The notes: generated by a model from the letters alone, not told the origin. Positions 29,202 through 38,789 are shown, counted from the first letter of the stretch. The stretch: DNA of 64,000 bases from Patescibacteria group bacterium (GCA_049322955.1 JBMOPU010000012.1:788791-852790); one strand, 5' to 3'. Translations and numbers: made by a program.

Positions 29202-29894
29202 TTACTTTTTGCGCGGAGATCGGGATTTTTTATTTTGGATGATTCGCCCGTCAGAAAGCGTAATAACGCGATCCATCATATGCGTATATTCTTCCTCATG
29301 CGTTACCATAACAATCGTTTGTCCTTGCTTATGAATCTTAAGAAATGTCTGAAGTACCTGCTCCGACGTTTCACTGTCCAAATTGGCGGTCGGTTCATCC
29401 GCAAAAATAATTTTCGGCTTATGAGCAATCGCCCGGGCGATACTCACGCGCTGTTGTTGCCCGCCCGATAACTGACTGGGTAAATTATCGCGTTTATCCG
29501 CAAGTCCCACTTCAGCCAACACGTCGGAGGCGGTCCCATAGGCACGGGACGATGAGTATCCCAACATAAGAAGCGGTGCCATGATATTTTCCGCGGCAGT
29601 AAGCGAAGGAATGAGCGCATAATCCTGAAAAACATATCCGAGTTCACGAAGCCGATAGTTGACACGCTGATCGTCGGTAAATCCCGAGGTATCCTGTGTA
29701 TCAAGAACCACTTTACCGCTGGTCGGCGTATCCAACAGACTCAGCTGATACAACAGGGTACTTTTGCCCGATCCAGATCTTCCCGTAATCGCGAGAAATT
29801 CTCCGCGAGCCACGGATAGCGATATGTCGTTTAAGACCGTGATTTTCCCCGTCCCGGTTTTATATTGCTTGATAAGATGTATCGCCTGAATCAT
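29202..29894 (-). CDS. ABC transporter ATP-binding protein (MacB/LolD/FtsE-type)
   Basis: Start set at ATG 29894 (MIQAIHLIKQYK...) immediately after permease stop; Walker A GRSGSGKST, signature LSGGQQQRVSIARA, Walker B IIFADEPT, H-loop. Confidence 0.85.
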   Translation of the reverse strand: MIQAIHLIKQYKTGTGKITVLNDISLSVARGEFLAITGRSGSGKSTLLYQLSLLDTPTSGKVVLDTQDTSGFTDDQRVNYRLRELGYVFQDYALIPSLTAAENIMAPLLMLGYSSSRAYGTASDVLAEVGLADKRDNLPSQLSGGQQQRVSIARAIAHKPKIIFADEPTANLDSETSEQVLQTFLKIHKQGQTIVMVTHEEEYTHMMDRVITLSDGRIIQNKKSRSPRKK

Positions 29895-29896
29895 AG

Positions 29897-31165
29897 TTAT
29901 CTTCCCAAAATTGCGTCGAGCGTATTTTGTTTGACCACGATGCGCGCGGGTATATATCCCGCGGCAATAGTCGCAAAGAAGAGTACGACGACTCTCAGTA
30001 ATACCCCTGGCACATCCGCTACAAATATACCGTCGGAAAAGGGAAAGTTTATCGGATTGTCCGCAAAATACGGAACCATAAGTCCGTACACGACGACAAG
30101 GCCCAACAACGATCCCGAAAGCGCATAAAACATTGATTGAAATACATAGGAACATTCTATGGCAAGTGAATTGACGCCGATTCCTTTGAGAATACCGATA
30201 AATTTTCGGCGGGTTATGGCATTGACGAAAATGACGATGAATATGGTGATGGATGCTACCGCAAGCCCGATGCTTCCGATTAAATCTCCAAGCAGGGCAA
30301 AGGTCGCGGAGATATCACGGATAAACTGCGGCTGTGCTTCCTGCCACGTCTGCACTTTGGCCTGTGCATCAACGCCGTTCCCCAAAAGAATTGTCGCGAT
30401 CTCCTTTTCCGAACTCCTTCCGTTTGCCCGGATAGCGATTTCATTAACATTAAAATCATCTCTGCCTATCAAAGGACGGAGTTCCCTATCGAGCATAAAA
30501 ACTCGGCTATCTATATTTGTTACTTTTGCCTTGACGACGCCGACGATCGTTACTTCTTTGACAATCCCGTTCACCGTAAGACGGGTCTGTGTTCCCACAT
30601 CGGCAGTCTTCAAAGACGCCGTCCCGGTGCCCGCCGCGGACTGATACTTGCTAAGCAGTGATACGCCCACCAACACCGCATCATGATCATCCGGGGTGAG
30701 ATATCTGCCGCTTATCACCTGTCGTGATAAATTGGTCAATGCATCCTCACGTCCCGGGTCAATGCCCACCATGACGGCATTTGCCGTATCCGCTCCTTCA
30801 TCACGACGCACGACGGTCTTGTAATCGGCTTCAATCGTTCCCGAAGCGATGTACCGTGCGCTCACGGCTCGTACCTGCGGGAGCTGTTCGGCGATTTCCC
30901 TGGGCAAATGACTGTCTTCAATGTATTGTTTTTTGTCGAGCGTACTGAGTAACACATCTCCCGTATAGCGTTCCCGATAGGATCGTACGGAGCCCTCGGT
31001 AAGGCCTACCAGAATCCCCCGAACAACCACGAGGTTGAGGAATGTCAGCATCATGACAAAGGTGATAAGTAACGTTGACCAAATGCTCGCCCGCTTGATA
31101 TCCCGAATAGCAAGGAAATAACCAACGGATACCGCAAGGGAAAACATGTCTAGCTTGTTTTTCAT
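29897..31165 (-). CDS. ABC transporter permease (MacB/FtsX-like, large periplasmic domain + 4 TM)
   Basis: N-terminal TM, ~250 aa extracytoplasmic domain, C-terminal FtsX-type 3-TM bundle. Confidence 0.8.
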   Translation of the reverse strand: MKNKLDMFSLAVSVGYFLAIRDIKRASIWSTLLITFVMMLTFLNLVVVRGILVGLTEGSVRSYRERYTGDVLLSTLDKKQYIEDSHLPREIAEQLPQVRAVSARYIASGTIEADYKTVVRRDEGADTANAVMVGIDPGREDALTNLSRQVISGRYLTPDDHDAVLVGVSLLSKYQSAAGTGTASLKTADVGTQTRLTVNGIVKEVTIVGVVKAKVTNIDSRVFMLDRELRPLIGRDDFNVNEIAIRANGRSSEKEIATILLGNGVDAQAKVQTWQEAQPQFIRDISATFALLGDLIGSIGLAVASITIFIVIFVNAITRRKFIGILKGIGVNSLAIECSYVFQSMFYALSGSLLGLVVVYGLMVPYFADNPINFPFSDGIFVADVPGVLLRVVVLFFATIAAGYIPARIVVKQNTLDAILGR

Positions 31166-31174
31166 ACCCTGAGA

Positions 31175-32377
31175 TTATTCGGCGGACGGAATGAGAATCA
31201 TGTCCCCTTCATTGACCCCGTCGAGTATTTGCGTGATCGAGCCGTTTTTCTTGCCGACCGTTACGGGGACGGTCACTTCACTATTTCCCTGCAGACGACG
31301 GACGGCAGTTTTGCCTTGTTCCGTTCGGGTGAGCGCGCTATTGGGAACAACCAGTACATCGCGCAAACGATCGGTTTCTATAACCACGGTTGCCGTCATA
31401 CTCGGACGCACACGATCATCATTGGCATCCGTCAGTGCTACATATGCCTTATAGGTTACGACGGCATTTTCGTTTTCTCCCACGGTATCTACCCGCGCGA
31501 CGGTAGCGGGGAACTCTTTCTCTGGAAATGCGTCAAAACGCACACTCGCGAGTTGTCCCGTCTTCACTTTCGAAATATCGATTTCATTAAGTTTCACCAT
31601 AACGGTCACCCCACCCTCGGCAAGAATCCTGAGCACCGGATCCCCCTCCGCGGTACTGGCGGGATTGGTGAATTTTGCGCGGACATAATCCCCCGTATCT
31701 ACCGCAAGATTAGCCACAACGCCGGAAACGGGCGCTTTGATAACACCGTTTAACGATGCCTGATACTCGAGGAGCGCGGCGTTCAAGGCGCTTTGTGCGG
31801 CCGCAATCGACGCGTCGGCATCGAGGTATTTCTTTTCGGAGGCGGCAAACGCGATTTTCGCGCTTTCATATGCGGACACAATACCGTCAATTTCGTCCTG
31901 TTTGTACGCTTCTCCCGTAGCAGGATTGACGCCTCCCTCGTTACGCCGTTCATCCATCTGCTGTTTGGCGATAGAAGTGTTGATAACGAGCGTTCTTCCG
32001 GATTCCAAACTCGATTGTAAAGATATTTTTGTTTGCTTTGCGGCATTGAGACTCGCAACGGCGGCTTGATACTGTGCCAACATTGCCGCTTTTTCATTTT
32101 CCATTGCCGTACTTTTTACCTTGAGAAGTTCCGTTCCTGCGGTCACCGAATCACCGTTTTTTACGTACAGTTCTTCAACAATACCCGTTGTGGGGGAAAA
32201 AACTTTTGCGTTATCCGCGGCGTTTGCATTGCCGCTTATGACGATGGACTCCACCACTTCACCCTTACTGATTCTGTGGGGAGCGGCCGAGGAACCACGA
32301 CGAAAACGCGGAACAATGATTGCCGATATGACGACCAAACACACCGATTCGCTGTGGCACCGAAAGCGATGCGGCAA
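31175..32377 (-). CDS. Efflux membrane fusion protein (HlyD/MacA-like periplasmic adaptor)
   Basis: N-terminal anchor; biotinyl/lipoyl-like hairpin motif (PTTGIVEELYVKNGDSVTAGTELLKV), long coiled-coil (Ala/Gln-rich), C-terminal beta-barrel (…VVPNSALTRTE…). Confidence 0.75.
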   Translation of the reverse strand: MPHRFRCHSESVCLVVISAIIVPRFRRGSSAAPHRISKGEVVESIVISGNANAADNAKVFSPTTGIVEELYVKNGDSVTAGTELLKVKSTAMENEKAAMLAQYQAAVASLNAAKQTKISLQSSLESGRTLVINTSIAKQQMDERRNEGGVNPATGEAYKQDEIDGIVSAYESAKIAFAASEKKYLDADASIAAAQSALNAALLEYQASLNGVIKAPVSGVVANLAVDTGDYVRAKFTNPASTAEGDPVLRILAEGGVTVMVKLNEIDISKVKTGQLASVRFDAFPEKEFPATVARVDTVGENENAVVTYKAYVALTDANDDRVRPSMTATVVIETDRLRDVLVVPNSALTRTEQGKTAVRRLQGNSEVTVPVTVGKKNGSITQILDGVNEGDMILIPSAE

Positions 32378-32978
32378 AACTCCGTATTTTTTTCATACCG
32401 AGTTATTATAACAGGCATAACTCCTCCATGCGGTATGAAATCTCTCATTACCCCTGTTCTGCTCCTCTGATGAGAAAACCGACATACCGCGGTATAATAA
32501 TCAGTTATGGGCTACCGCACCGTCGCAAAATGGGAAATAGATATCGGAGAAATGCAGGAAACGCAGGGTCTTGCCCGAATGTTCGGCAGTCTGTACCGGC
32601 AGGAATTCGGTATAAATTTCGAAATCAGGAAACGCGTTTTACCGTCAAAACGTCGGATCTCATGACTCTACGGGAAATTGAGAGACTTCTTCCCCAGCTT
32701 GCCCGTATCCGTTATCAGCATCACCACAAATACGGAACGGGAAACGATTACGGCAGACCCGTTGAGGATGATGAGATAACCGCAACACTCGAAGGCTTCG
32801 GTGTACGACTCCCCGGATGGCTCAGATAATTCCTTTGCAAGACATTTCGCACGCACCCGATCTTGTGTATTTTCCTGAAATGCACCAGGCATGCAGAGAA
32901 AACTTCCTGTTGTTTGCCACACGAAATAATCGCGCGCAATGCGAGCATTGAGGCATACGTGTGCCTCAGATGATATTG

Positions 32979-33698
32979 CTACTTGGTAATCACGTATTCC
33001 TTCTCGGGAACCGCTCCGATAAATGTCATCGTACCGTCGGCAAATGATACTTCATCCGCACGGAACGCATCCGTATGCTTGGCGATCACGTCATTAAGCA
33101 CCGATTCAGCCTCTTTATTTGCCCGCGCCACTATATCACCGGGGATAGGAATGGCACCTATCTTTACGGTGCGCGCGTCAACTTGCACGGAGTTGTTTCG
33201 AACCGATCCCTTGCCCAATACGTATATAGGTACGGCAAACGGCGGAATCGCGTATGTTTTCATCGCATCGCGTATTTGCTGTTCCGAATACCCCAACGCC
33301 ATAGCATAAGGCATGGCTTTATCGACAAGAAGGATCGCGGAACTTTCTATAGTTCCGTCGTCATGGATCTTTATCTGGATATTTTTCACCGGATAGTTTT
33401 TCCATGAGCGGTTATTTGAGTGCGCGGTAAGTTCGGTGCTGTTCATGGTGAACGAAACGGATTTCTTCCCTTCCAGCCGAAAATCGTCCGCTGGAGAGGC
33501 ATCACTGGGAAGCGAAATTATTTCAGTGCCTCCGCTCTTTTTCCATGCGGCACGTGAATCGTCGAGCGCATATCGTATCCCCAGATCTTTTTGTCCGGCT
33601 CCGATCAGATTTGAAAGACCCGGAATAACGCCGATCCCGGCAAGGATAATCGCCACGATGATGATGACGAGGGAAAGAAAAATGAGTACATATTTCAT
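32979..33698 (-). CDS. Membrane-anchored extracytoplasmic hypothetical protein
   Basis: Start set at internal Met (MKYVLIFLSLVIIIVAIILAGIGV) giving a TM anchor; ORF-track N-terminal extension to 33779 is unlikely. Confidence 0.45.
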   Translation of the reverse strand: MKYVLIFLSLVIIIVAIILAGIGVIPGLSNLIGAGQKDLGIRYALDDSRAAWKKSGGTEIISLPSDASPADDFRLEGKKSVSFTMNSTELTAHSNNRSWKNYPVKNIQIKIHDDGTIESSAILLVDKAMPYAMALGYSEQQIRDAMKTYAIPPFAVPIYVLGKGSVRNNSVQVDARTVKIGAIPIPGDIVARANKEAESVLNDVIAKHTDAFRADEVSFADGTMTFIGAVPEKEYVITK

Positions 33699-33791
33699 AT
33701 GGCGACAGTATACGCCACCCATGGCACATTGCTGTACGATATCCCACCGAATGAAACGTAGCCTCGCTACCTGAAACAAAAGGGAGATGCG

Positions 33792-34139
33792 TCACTTATT
33801 TACCAGGGCATTGAGGAAACTGTTGACGACAGACAGGACGATAACCGCAAGCACGGCGGTGCCGAAACCGTCTATCCTGAATCCGGGCACGATCGCACCG
33901 GTAATAAGCATAAGAAGGGCATTAATAACAATGGTAAACAACCCAAACGTCAGAATATTTATGGGAAGCGTAAGCAAGAGAAGCACCGGTTTAATACTCA
34001 CGCTCAATATCCCCCACACGATCGCAATCACAAAAAGCGAAATCCATCCGCTTATGGTAATACCCGGGAGAATATATGCGGTAATATAAAACGCCAACGC
34101 ATTGATGAGAAACCGCATCAGCATGAATTTATTATACAC
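33792..34139 (-). CDS. DUF360 / phage-holin-4_2 family small membrane protein
   Basis: 115 aa, 3-4 TM helices; ILPGITISGW...FGLFTIVINALLMLITGAIVPGFRIDGFGTA resembles the YvlD/DUF360 family. Confidence 0.6.
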   Translation of the reverse strand: MYNKFMLMRFLINALAFYITAYILPGITISGWISLFVIAIVWGILSVSIKPVLLLLTLPINILTFGLFTIVINALLMLITGAIVPGFRIDGFGTAVLAVIVLSVVNSFLNALVNK

Positions 34140-34160
34140 GCATACGTCAGAAAGCGCTGG

Positions 34161-34487
34161 TCATTTGCCGCGTTTAGGTTTATCCTTCTTCCGACGACGA
34201 AGAAGGAACTGCAATAACGTCATACCCTCAGGCAATTGGTATCGAGATTCTTCCCATGCTTTATCACGCGTGCCCGTCAGCGTATTGTTCTCTTTTGTGC
34301 CGGATCGCAACGCCGCACCGTCCCGTTCTTCATGAAATTCCGAAATCGCCCGCGATAGGTCGTCGTCATGCTCAATTCGGATCGGTTCATCTTCTTTTGC
34401 CATACAGAGGGCAGAACGGTCACAATAGTACACCTTGTTCACGTCCATTGAAAGGAAACTGCAGGATGCACGTGACCGGATAACCAT
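34161..34487 (-). CDS. Hypothetical small protein with Lys/Arg-rich C-terminus
   Basis: ORF co-directional and adjacent to the DUF360 gene; ends RRRKKDKPKRGK; no motif recognised. Confidence 0.3.
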   Translation of the reverse strand: MVIRSRASCSFLSMDVNKVYYCDRSALCMAKEDEPIRIEHDDDLSRAISEFHEERDGAALRSGTKENNTLTGTRDKAWEESRYQLPEGMTLLQFLLRRRKKDKPKRGK

Positions 34488-34501
34488 CGTAAAATGTTAC
34501 A

Positions 34502-34903
34502 ATGAGAGACGAAAGGAAAAACAGCATGAAAAAATACGGCGGATTTTGGAAACGGTTATTGGCGTACGCGATTGACTCACTCCTCATATACGCACTTTTT
34601 TGGCTGATTCCCGGCATCGATATGGATAACGCATGGGTCAATATGCTTATGTTTCTGACGTGGACCGCTTATTTCGTATGGATGGTGGGCACCTATGGCG
34701 CCACGATCGGGAAAATGATCCTCAAAATGAAAATCGTCAAAGAAAACGGCAAATCGCTCACCTATTCCGATGCATTACTGCGGGAGCTCGCCAGCTATTT
34801 GTCCTTCCTGGTGCTTGGTCTCGGCTATTTTTCGATCGGCTGGGATCCCCGCAAACAGGGCTGGCATGACAAGATCGCCAAAACGCTAGTGGTAAATGCC
34901 TAA
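34502..34903 (+). CDS. RDD family membrane protein
   Basis: GFWKRLLAYAIDSLL...WDPRKQGWHDKIAKTLVV carries the R-D-D signature positions of RDD-domain proteins. Confidence 0.7.
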   Translation: MRDERKNSMKKYGGFWKRLLAYAIDSLLIYALFWLIPGIDMDNAWVNMLMFLTWTAYFVWMVGTYGATIGKMILKMKIVKENGKSLTYSDALLRELASYLSFLVLGLGYFSIGWDPRKQGWHDKIAKTLVVNA

Positions 34904-34959
34904 CCAAGAGACATAAGAAGACCGGTGATATCGAGCCAAATGGTTTTTCCCGTGTCCGG

Positions 34960-35271
34960 TTACACGACTTCCTCGAGGTAATAATCGCAGGCAAATCCTT
35001 TGTCCTTTTGATGCCCGTGATGATGTGTCGTATCAATCACCTTTGCATCGGCAACCTTCCACCTTTTCCCGCGGTACCACGCGATATGCCCCGTCGGTAT
35101 GCTATCGAGATCCGTAACCATCCGGCGAAGTTGTTTGGACGGATGATCGAGGTGAATATGAAGTATTGCTTTTCGTGCCGGTCGTTCACGGAATGTTTCT
35201 AAACCCGCGCCAACCAATAGATCATTGGTGATATCTTCCGCCGTATATGTTTCGACACCTTGCCTGCACAT
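34960..35271 (-). CDS. Hypothetical protein with metallo-beta-lactamase-like HxHxDH motif (possibly truncated)
   Basis: AILHIHLDHPS (HxHxDH) plus downstream His cluster (HHHGH) in only 103 aa, too short for a full MBL fold. Confidence 0.25.
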   Translation of the reverse strand: MCRQGVETYTAEDITNDLLVGAGLETFRERPARKAILHIHLDHPSKQLRRMVTDLDSIPTGHIAWYRGKRWKVADAKVIDTTHHHGHQKDKGFACDYYLEEVV

Positions 35272-35348
35272 AGATTTGATAATTATATCAAACTATATCA
35301 ATACGAAGAGGGTGAGCGAATTATGCAAACTGCAATACCGACATGTAT

Positions 35349-35852
35349 TCATTTCAAGTCGCGAACAAATAATTGATCCTGCTGGGACCATCGGAGATGC
35401 GCAAGCACGATAAAGGCCTTATATCGTTCAAGTGCCTGCTCAGATCTTGCTCCGTCAATGTTTTCAATATCAATAGGTTGCGGCATACCAAGCCTTCGCA
35501 CCCCACTTTCCGGAAGAGTAGCTACGGCAATTGCTTCCGACATCAAAAAATCATCCCAGCGCATCCCCGTCGCCACTCTCCATGAAACTTTCGACCTCGC
35601 TCCTTGTAATTGTTGTAATACCATGTCATCGCCGCGGGCTTCAAAACTACTCACAGCGGCCTCAGTGTTTTTATAGCGAAGTACCGTCGAAAAGTCACCG
35701 GTTATGGGCGTACGCACCACATGACGCTCATGCCCGACAAGTAACCCCGTATCAAGCCGTTCGATATCCAATTGAGGCACGATCATGCGGAGATATCGAC
35801 GATACGCTCCCGATTGCAACGGGTACCGTTCTTTCATTGCTTCAAAATTCAT
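35349..35852 (-). CDS. Hypothetical protein (167 aa)
   Basis: Protein-like ORF; no family recognised. Confidence 0.4.
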   Translation of the reverse strand: MNFEAMKERYPLQSGAYRRYLRMIVPQLDIERLDTGLLVGHERHVVRTPITGDFSTVLRYKNTEAAVSSFEARGDDMVLQQLQGARSKVSWRVATGMRWDDFLMSEAIAVATLPESGVRRLGMPQPIDIENIDGARSEQALERYKAFIVLAHLRWSQQDQLFVRDLK

Positions 35853-35899
35853 AGAGATGCATTATACCTCAACGGATAAAGGTACTGCCATCAAGCACA

Positions 35900-36559
35900 C
35901 TAGAGTACGAGTGTATGGCCGTTTTTGCGTAGCCATGTTCGTGCCGATGCATATTCGGGATAAAACTCCCCTACCCGAGCCCAAAAGGACAAACGATGAT
36001 GCGGATGAGTGATATGGGCAAGTTCATGGATTACGACATAATCAATAATCGAAATCTCGGCCAAGATAAGCCGATACGAAAAACTGATGGTTCCCGTGCT
36101 CGAGCAGGAACCCCACCGGCTTGAAGTATCCCGTATGGAAACCCGCCGATAGGTAACCTTCATTTTTTCGGAAAAAAACGATACCCGTTTTGTGAGAAAC
36201 TCCTTGGCGTATTTGCGGCAGAATTGTTCCATATGATACTTCGGCTTTGCGAGAAATTTTTTGGGAAAAAATATTCGGGAGGGGGTGAGCACAATGGCAC
36301 TGCCGTCCGTGAGGTGGAGTGTGTAATCCTTTCCTCCCAATCGAAACAATTCGCCTTCTTCATACACTCTCTCTTTCTTCTTGGGAACGGATGCCAGTCT
36401 GCGCCGCGTGTTGTCTATCCAATCTTGCTTTGATGCGACAAATTGTCGGATAAAAAACTCCGGCATGTATTTGGGAGCACGTACTTCCAGTTCACCCGTC
36501 GGGAGAATATGAAGGGAAATTGATCTTCGGGGAAGGCGTTTGAGGATGTCGATGCGCAT
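35900..36559 (-). CDS. YgjP-like (DUF45/M48-related) zinc metallohydrolase
   Basis: C-terminal WGSCSSTGTISFSYRLILAEISIIDYVVIHELAHITHPHHRLSFW matches YgjP/DUF45 signature including HExxH. Confidence 0.75.
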   Translation of the reverse strand: MRIDILKRLPRRSISLHILPTGELEVRAPKYMPEFFIRQFVASKQDWIDNTRRRLASVPKKKERVYEEGELFRLGGKDYTLHLTDGSAIVLTPSRIFFPKKFLAKPKYHMEQFCRKYAKEFLTKRVSFFSEKMKVTYRRVSIRDTSSRWGSCSSTGTISFSYRLILAEISIIDYVVIHELAHITHPHHRLSFWARVGEFYPEYASARTWLRKNGHTLVL

Positions 36560-36638
36560 ATGCTGTAAAGCGTATGGTACACCATGCGTAACCCTTCGTC
36601 ATATTGCACATAATTTTAACCTATAGTATAATCCGCGG

Positions 36639-37259
36639 ATGACAAATACACGAGAAGCTTATCTTAAAATTGCATACGCAGGGCCGATTCTTAAAACGCG
36701 TTGGATTAACGACGTGTTTAACACGTATCTGGATCAACCACAGGGTGAGACCAACGTTGCGGCACTTGCCGTCGGAGGTTGTGAGGAATTACCTCATTTA
36801 CGTTTCTTTACCGGTCACGGCGCAAACATTCATGCGTTCGATATTCTGCAACCATCCATGAGAATGCGGGATTTATCAGAGTACGCCAAAGTTCAGTATC
36901 ATCGCGAAGGCATACAGCGTATTGACAAGGTCATACGCCATCTAGGCGGTGAACCTAATCTTGTCATATGTCGCGCACCTCGAATACTTGAGACAGTTTC
37001 GAAGCACGGATTTAAATTCAATAGATGGTGGGCAGACACTCTTGCAGGGTATGGGGAGAGAGTAGGCGGAAATGGACAAATGCTTGTGACCACCTATACA
37101 GGTGAAGAACGCGATATTGTTGCTGAAGCGTTAGATAAGCGTGCGATAAGTTTTTCAACCTATGAAAACGACTTATGCCCCATTAACGTCCCGAACTATA
37201 CCGGACCAAACGGTCCCATCAGAGCGGGAATAGACAAATACGTTTTGGTAAGCCGGTAA
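36639..37259 (+). CDS. Hypothetical protein, possible Rossmann/methyltransferase-like fold
   Basis: VAALAVGGCEE (motif I-like) followed ~17 aa later by IHAFDI (acidic post-I); otherwise unassigned. Confidence 0.35.
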   Translation: MTNTREAYLKIAYAGPILKTRWINDVFNTYLDQPQGETNVAALAVGGCEELPHLRFFTGHGANIHAFDILQPSMRMRDLSEYAKVQYHREGIQRIDKVIRHLGGEPNLVICRAPRILETVSKHGFKFNRWWADTLAGYGERVGGNGQMLVTTYTGEERDIVAEALDKRAISFSTYENDLCPINVPNYTGPNGPIRAGIDKYVLVSR

Positions 37260-37278
37260 TCAACCGGATGCGTATCGG

Positions 37279-37845
37279 CTAGATTCTGAATATCCGTTGA
37301 CGCAGTACTTCCGCCACTCCGTACCATCGTCCGCGAATCCAACGCTTTGCCAAGATAACGCCGATAACGTTACTTTCGGCATCAATCACAGGCTTTCCCG
37401 AAAAACCGAAATCCACGCGCTGACCGAGCGAAGATACGATGAGCTCTCTCGGTGCCCGACGCAATAAAACAGGTTTTTCTTTCGATACGGTCATCACCCG
37501 ATCGGTCGGCGGCATCAAGGGTATCGGAGACCCCAAAGTCACGTACTCAACGCCCGGTGTATAGTGCGTGGCGACTGATAATGCCTCGTTTATCGCAACG
37601 GGCTCGCTAAGCGATATATCCCGTGATCCGGCTACCTTTTCGAATGCAAGGTTCCTAAACGTTGCATTCCCAACCCTATTTCGCAGAATAAGCGCACGGG
37701 GCTCATGCGTTTTGCTGTCATGACTCACATGATACGCGGTAAGGATGCGGATACTCCCCTGGAGCCATATGGCACAAGCACCCCCGATAGGACCGTCACC
37801 GAAATACGCATCAAAATTTGATTGAGCGAGTTCTTGGGTATTCAT
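37279..37845 (-). CDS. Trypsin-like (S1/chymotrypsin fold) serine protease, apparently cytoplasmic (no signal peptide)
   Basis: His box ILTAYHVSHD (TAAHC-like), Ser box FGFSGKPV (GDSGGP-like); 188 aa; no N-terminal hydrophobic segment. Confidence 0.55.
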   Translation of the reverse strand: MNTQELAQSNFDAYFGDGPIGGACAIWLQGSIRILTAYHVSHDSKTHEPRALILRNRVGNATFRNLAFEKVAGSRDISLSEPVAINEALSVATHYTPGVEYVTLGSPIPLMPPTDRVMTVSKEKPVLLRRAPRELIVSSLGQRVDFGFSGKPVIDAESNVIGVILAKRWIRGRWYGVAEVLRQRIFRI

Positions 37846-37999
37846 AGCGCAATGGTGAGCATTATACTATAAGCTGTTTTGAGGCAAAATATCCTTACTT
37901 ACCATTTCGCATGATGTAAATTCGGGTATCGCCTGCGGCTTTTCTGAGGAGCGTACGTCGATTATTTTTGGCTAAACTGCCGCCATATTATGTGATATA

Positions 38000-38533
38000 A
38001 TGGAGCGTATGAACGCAAAAAATCAGACGGTTTCGTTTCGTCAAAGTAGCGTAATATTAATCATGCGACTTATCCTCGCCGAATGTATTATTCTTGGGGT
38101 AAATATTGCCCTTAAGTTACCACAGCTTGCCACTTCTGCACTCATGAATGACACCTCGGCAGTGACATCGTTGACTCTGATGAGTATTACGAGTCTCATC
38201 GCATCATCAATATTTCAACTTGCTCTGATCGCGTATATAACCCTGGACTGGACGAATCACGAATACGAAATTCGCGATGGTGCGATCATCCATCGACACG
38301 GTATTTTTTACCGAAAAGAAGAAATATATTCACTGCGTAATCTCGGCTCTGCCGTCATTTCTCAGTCTTTGTTGGGTCGACTATTTAACTTTGGAAGTAT
38401 TCACGCATACAGTCCGATCTTAAAACAGGATGTTCACATGCTTCTGGTACATAACCCCCAAGATATCGTGCATCACATACAAGACGACGTGGAACACACC
38501 GGAGGCAAACACGAAGTTATCCGTCGCAGTTAA
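38000..38533 (+). CDS. Membrane protein with bacterial PH (bPH_2/YdbS-YdbT-like) domain
   Basis: Two N-terminal TM helices followed by YEIRDGAIIHRHGIFYRKEEIYSLRNLGSAVISQSLLGRLFNFGSI typical of DUF304/bPH_2. Confidence 0.55.
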   Translation: MERMNAKNQTVSFRQSSVILIMRLILAECIILGVNIALKLPQLATSALMNDTSAVTSLTLMSITSLIASSIFQLALIAYITLDWTNHEYEIRDGAIIHRHGIFYRKEEIYSLRNLGSAVISQSLLGRLFNFGSIHAYSPILKQDVHMLLVHNPQDIVHHIQDDVEHTGGKHEVIRRS

Positions 38534-38732
38534 TGGCGCACTACAAAAAGGCGTCCAATACCGATACTCATTCGCGTGACGAAGCGGGTATTCCGATAAC
38601 CCCATACTCTTTCGAGAAATTGCACCCTTCCCTGTTTTTGGCAGATGCACTCAATATTGCCTCTGCCGAAAAAGATTTCTTTCCGCCTATTGTTTTTATA
38701 CCCGCACCCTCTCACCCGAAGACGGCGAAATG

Positions 38733-38774
38733 CAGAGAACAAAACAACCCATCGATATTTCTACCGATGGGTTG
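38733..38774 (-). terminator. Rho-independent terminator downstream of 38790..39776
   Basis: Perfect 10-bp inverted repeat CAACCCATCG/CGATGGGTTG (38745-38774) followed on the minus strand by TTTTGTTCT. Confidence 0.45.
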
Positions 38775-38789
38775 AAAAATTAAAAAACT

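Noticed and set aside
29895-30155. N-terminal 87-aa extension of the ABC ATPase ORF (ORF-track start 30155)
   Set aside because: The extension is Cys/Arg-rich and overlaps the permease gene. The ATG at 29894 gives a canonical ATPase N-terminus immediately after the permease stop.
32466-32490. CUGAUGAG octamer resembling the hammerhead ribozyme core
   Set aside because: No flanking stem II/GAAA/stem III architecture could be drawn. An 8-mer is expected about twice by chance in 64 kb on both strands.
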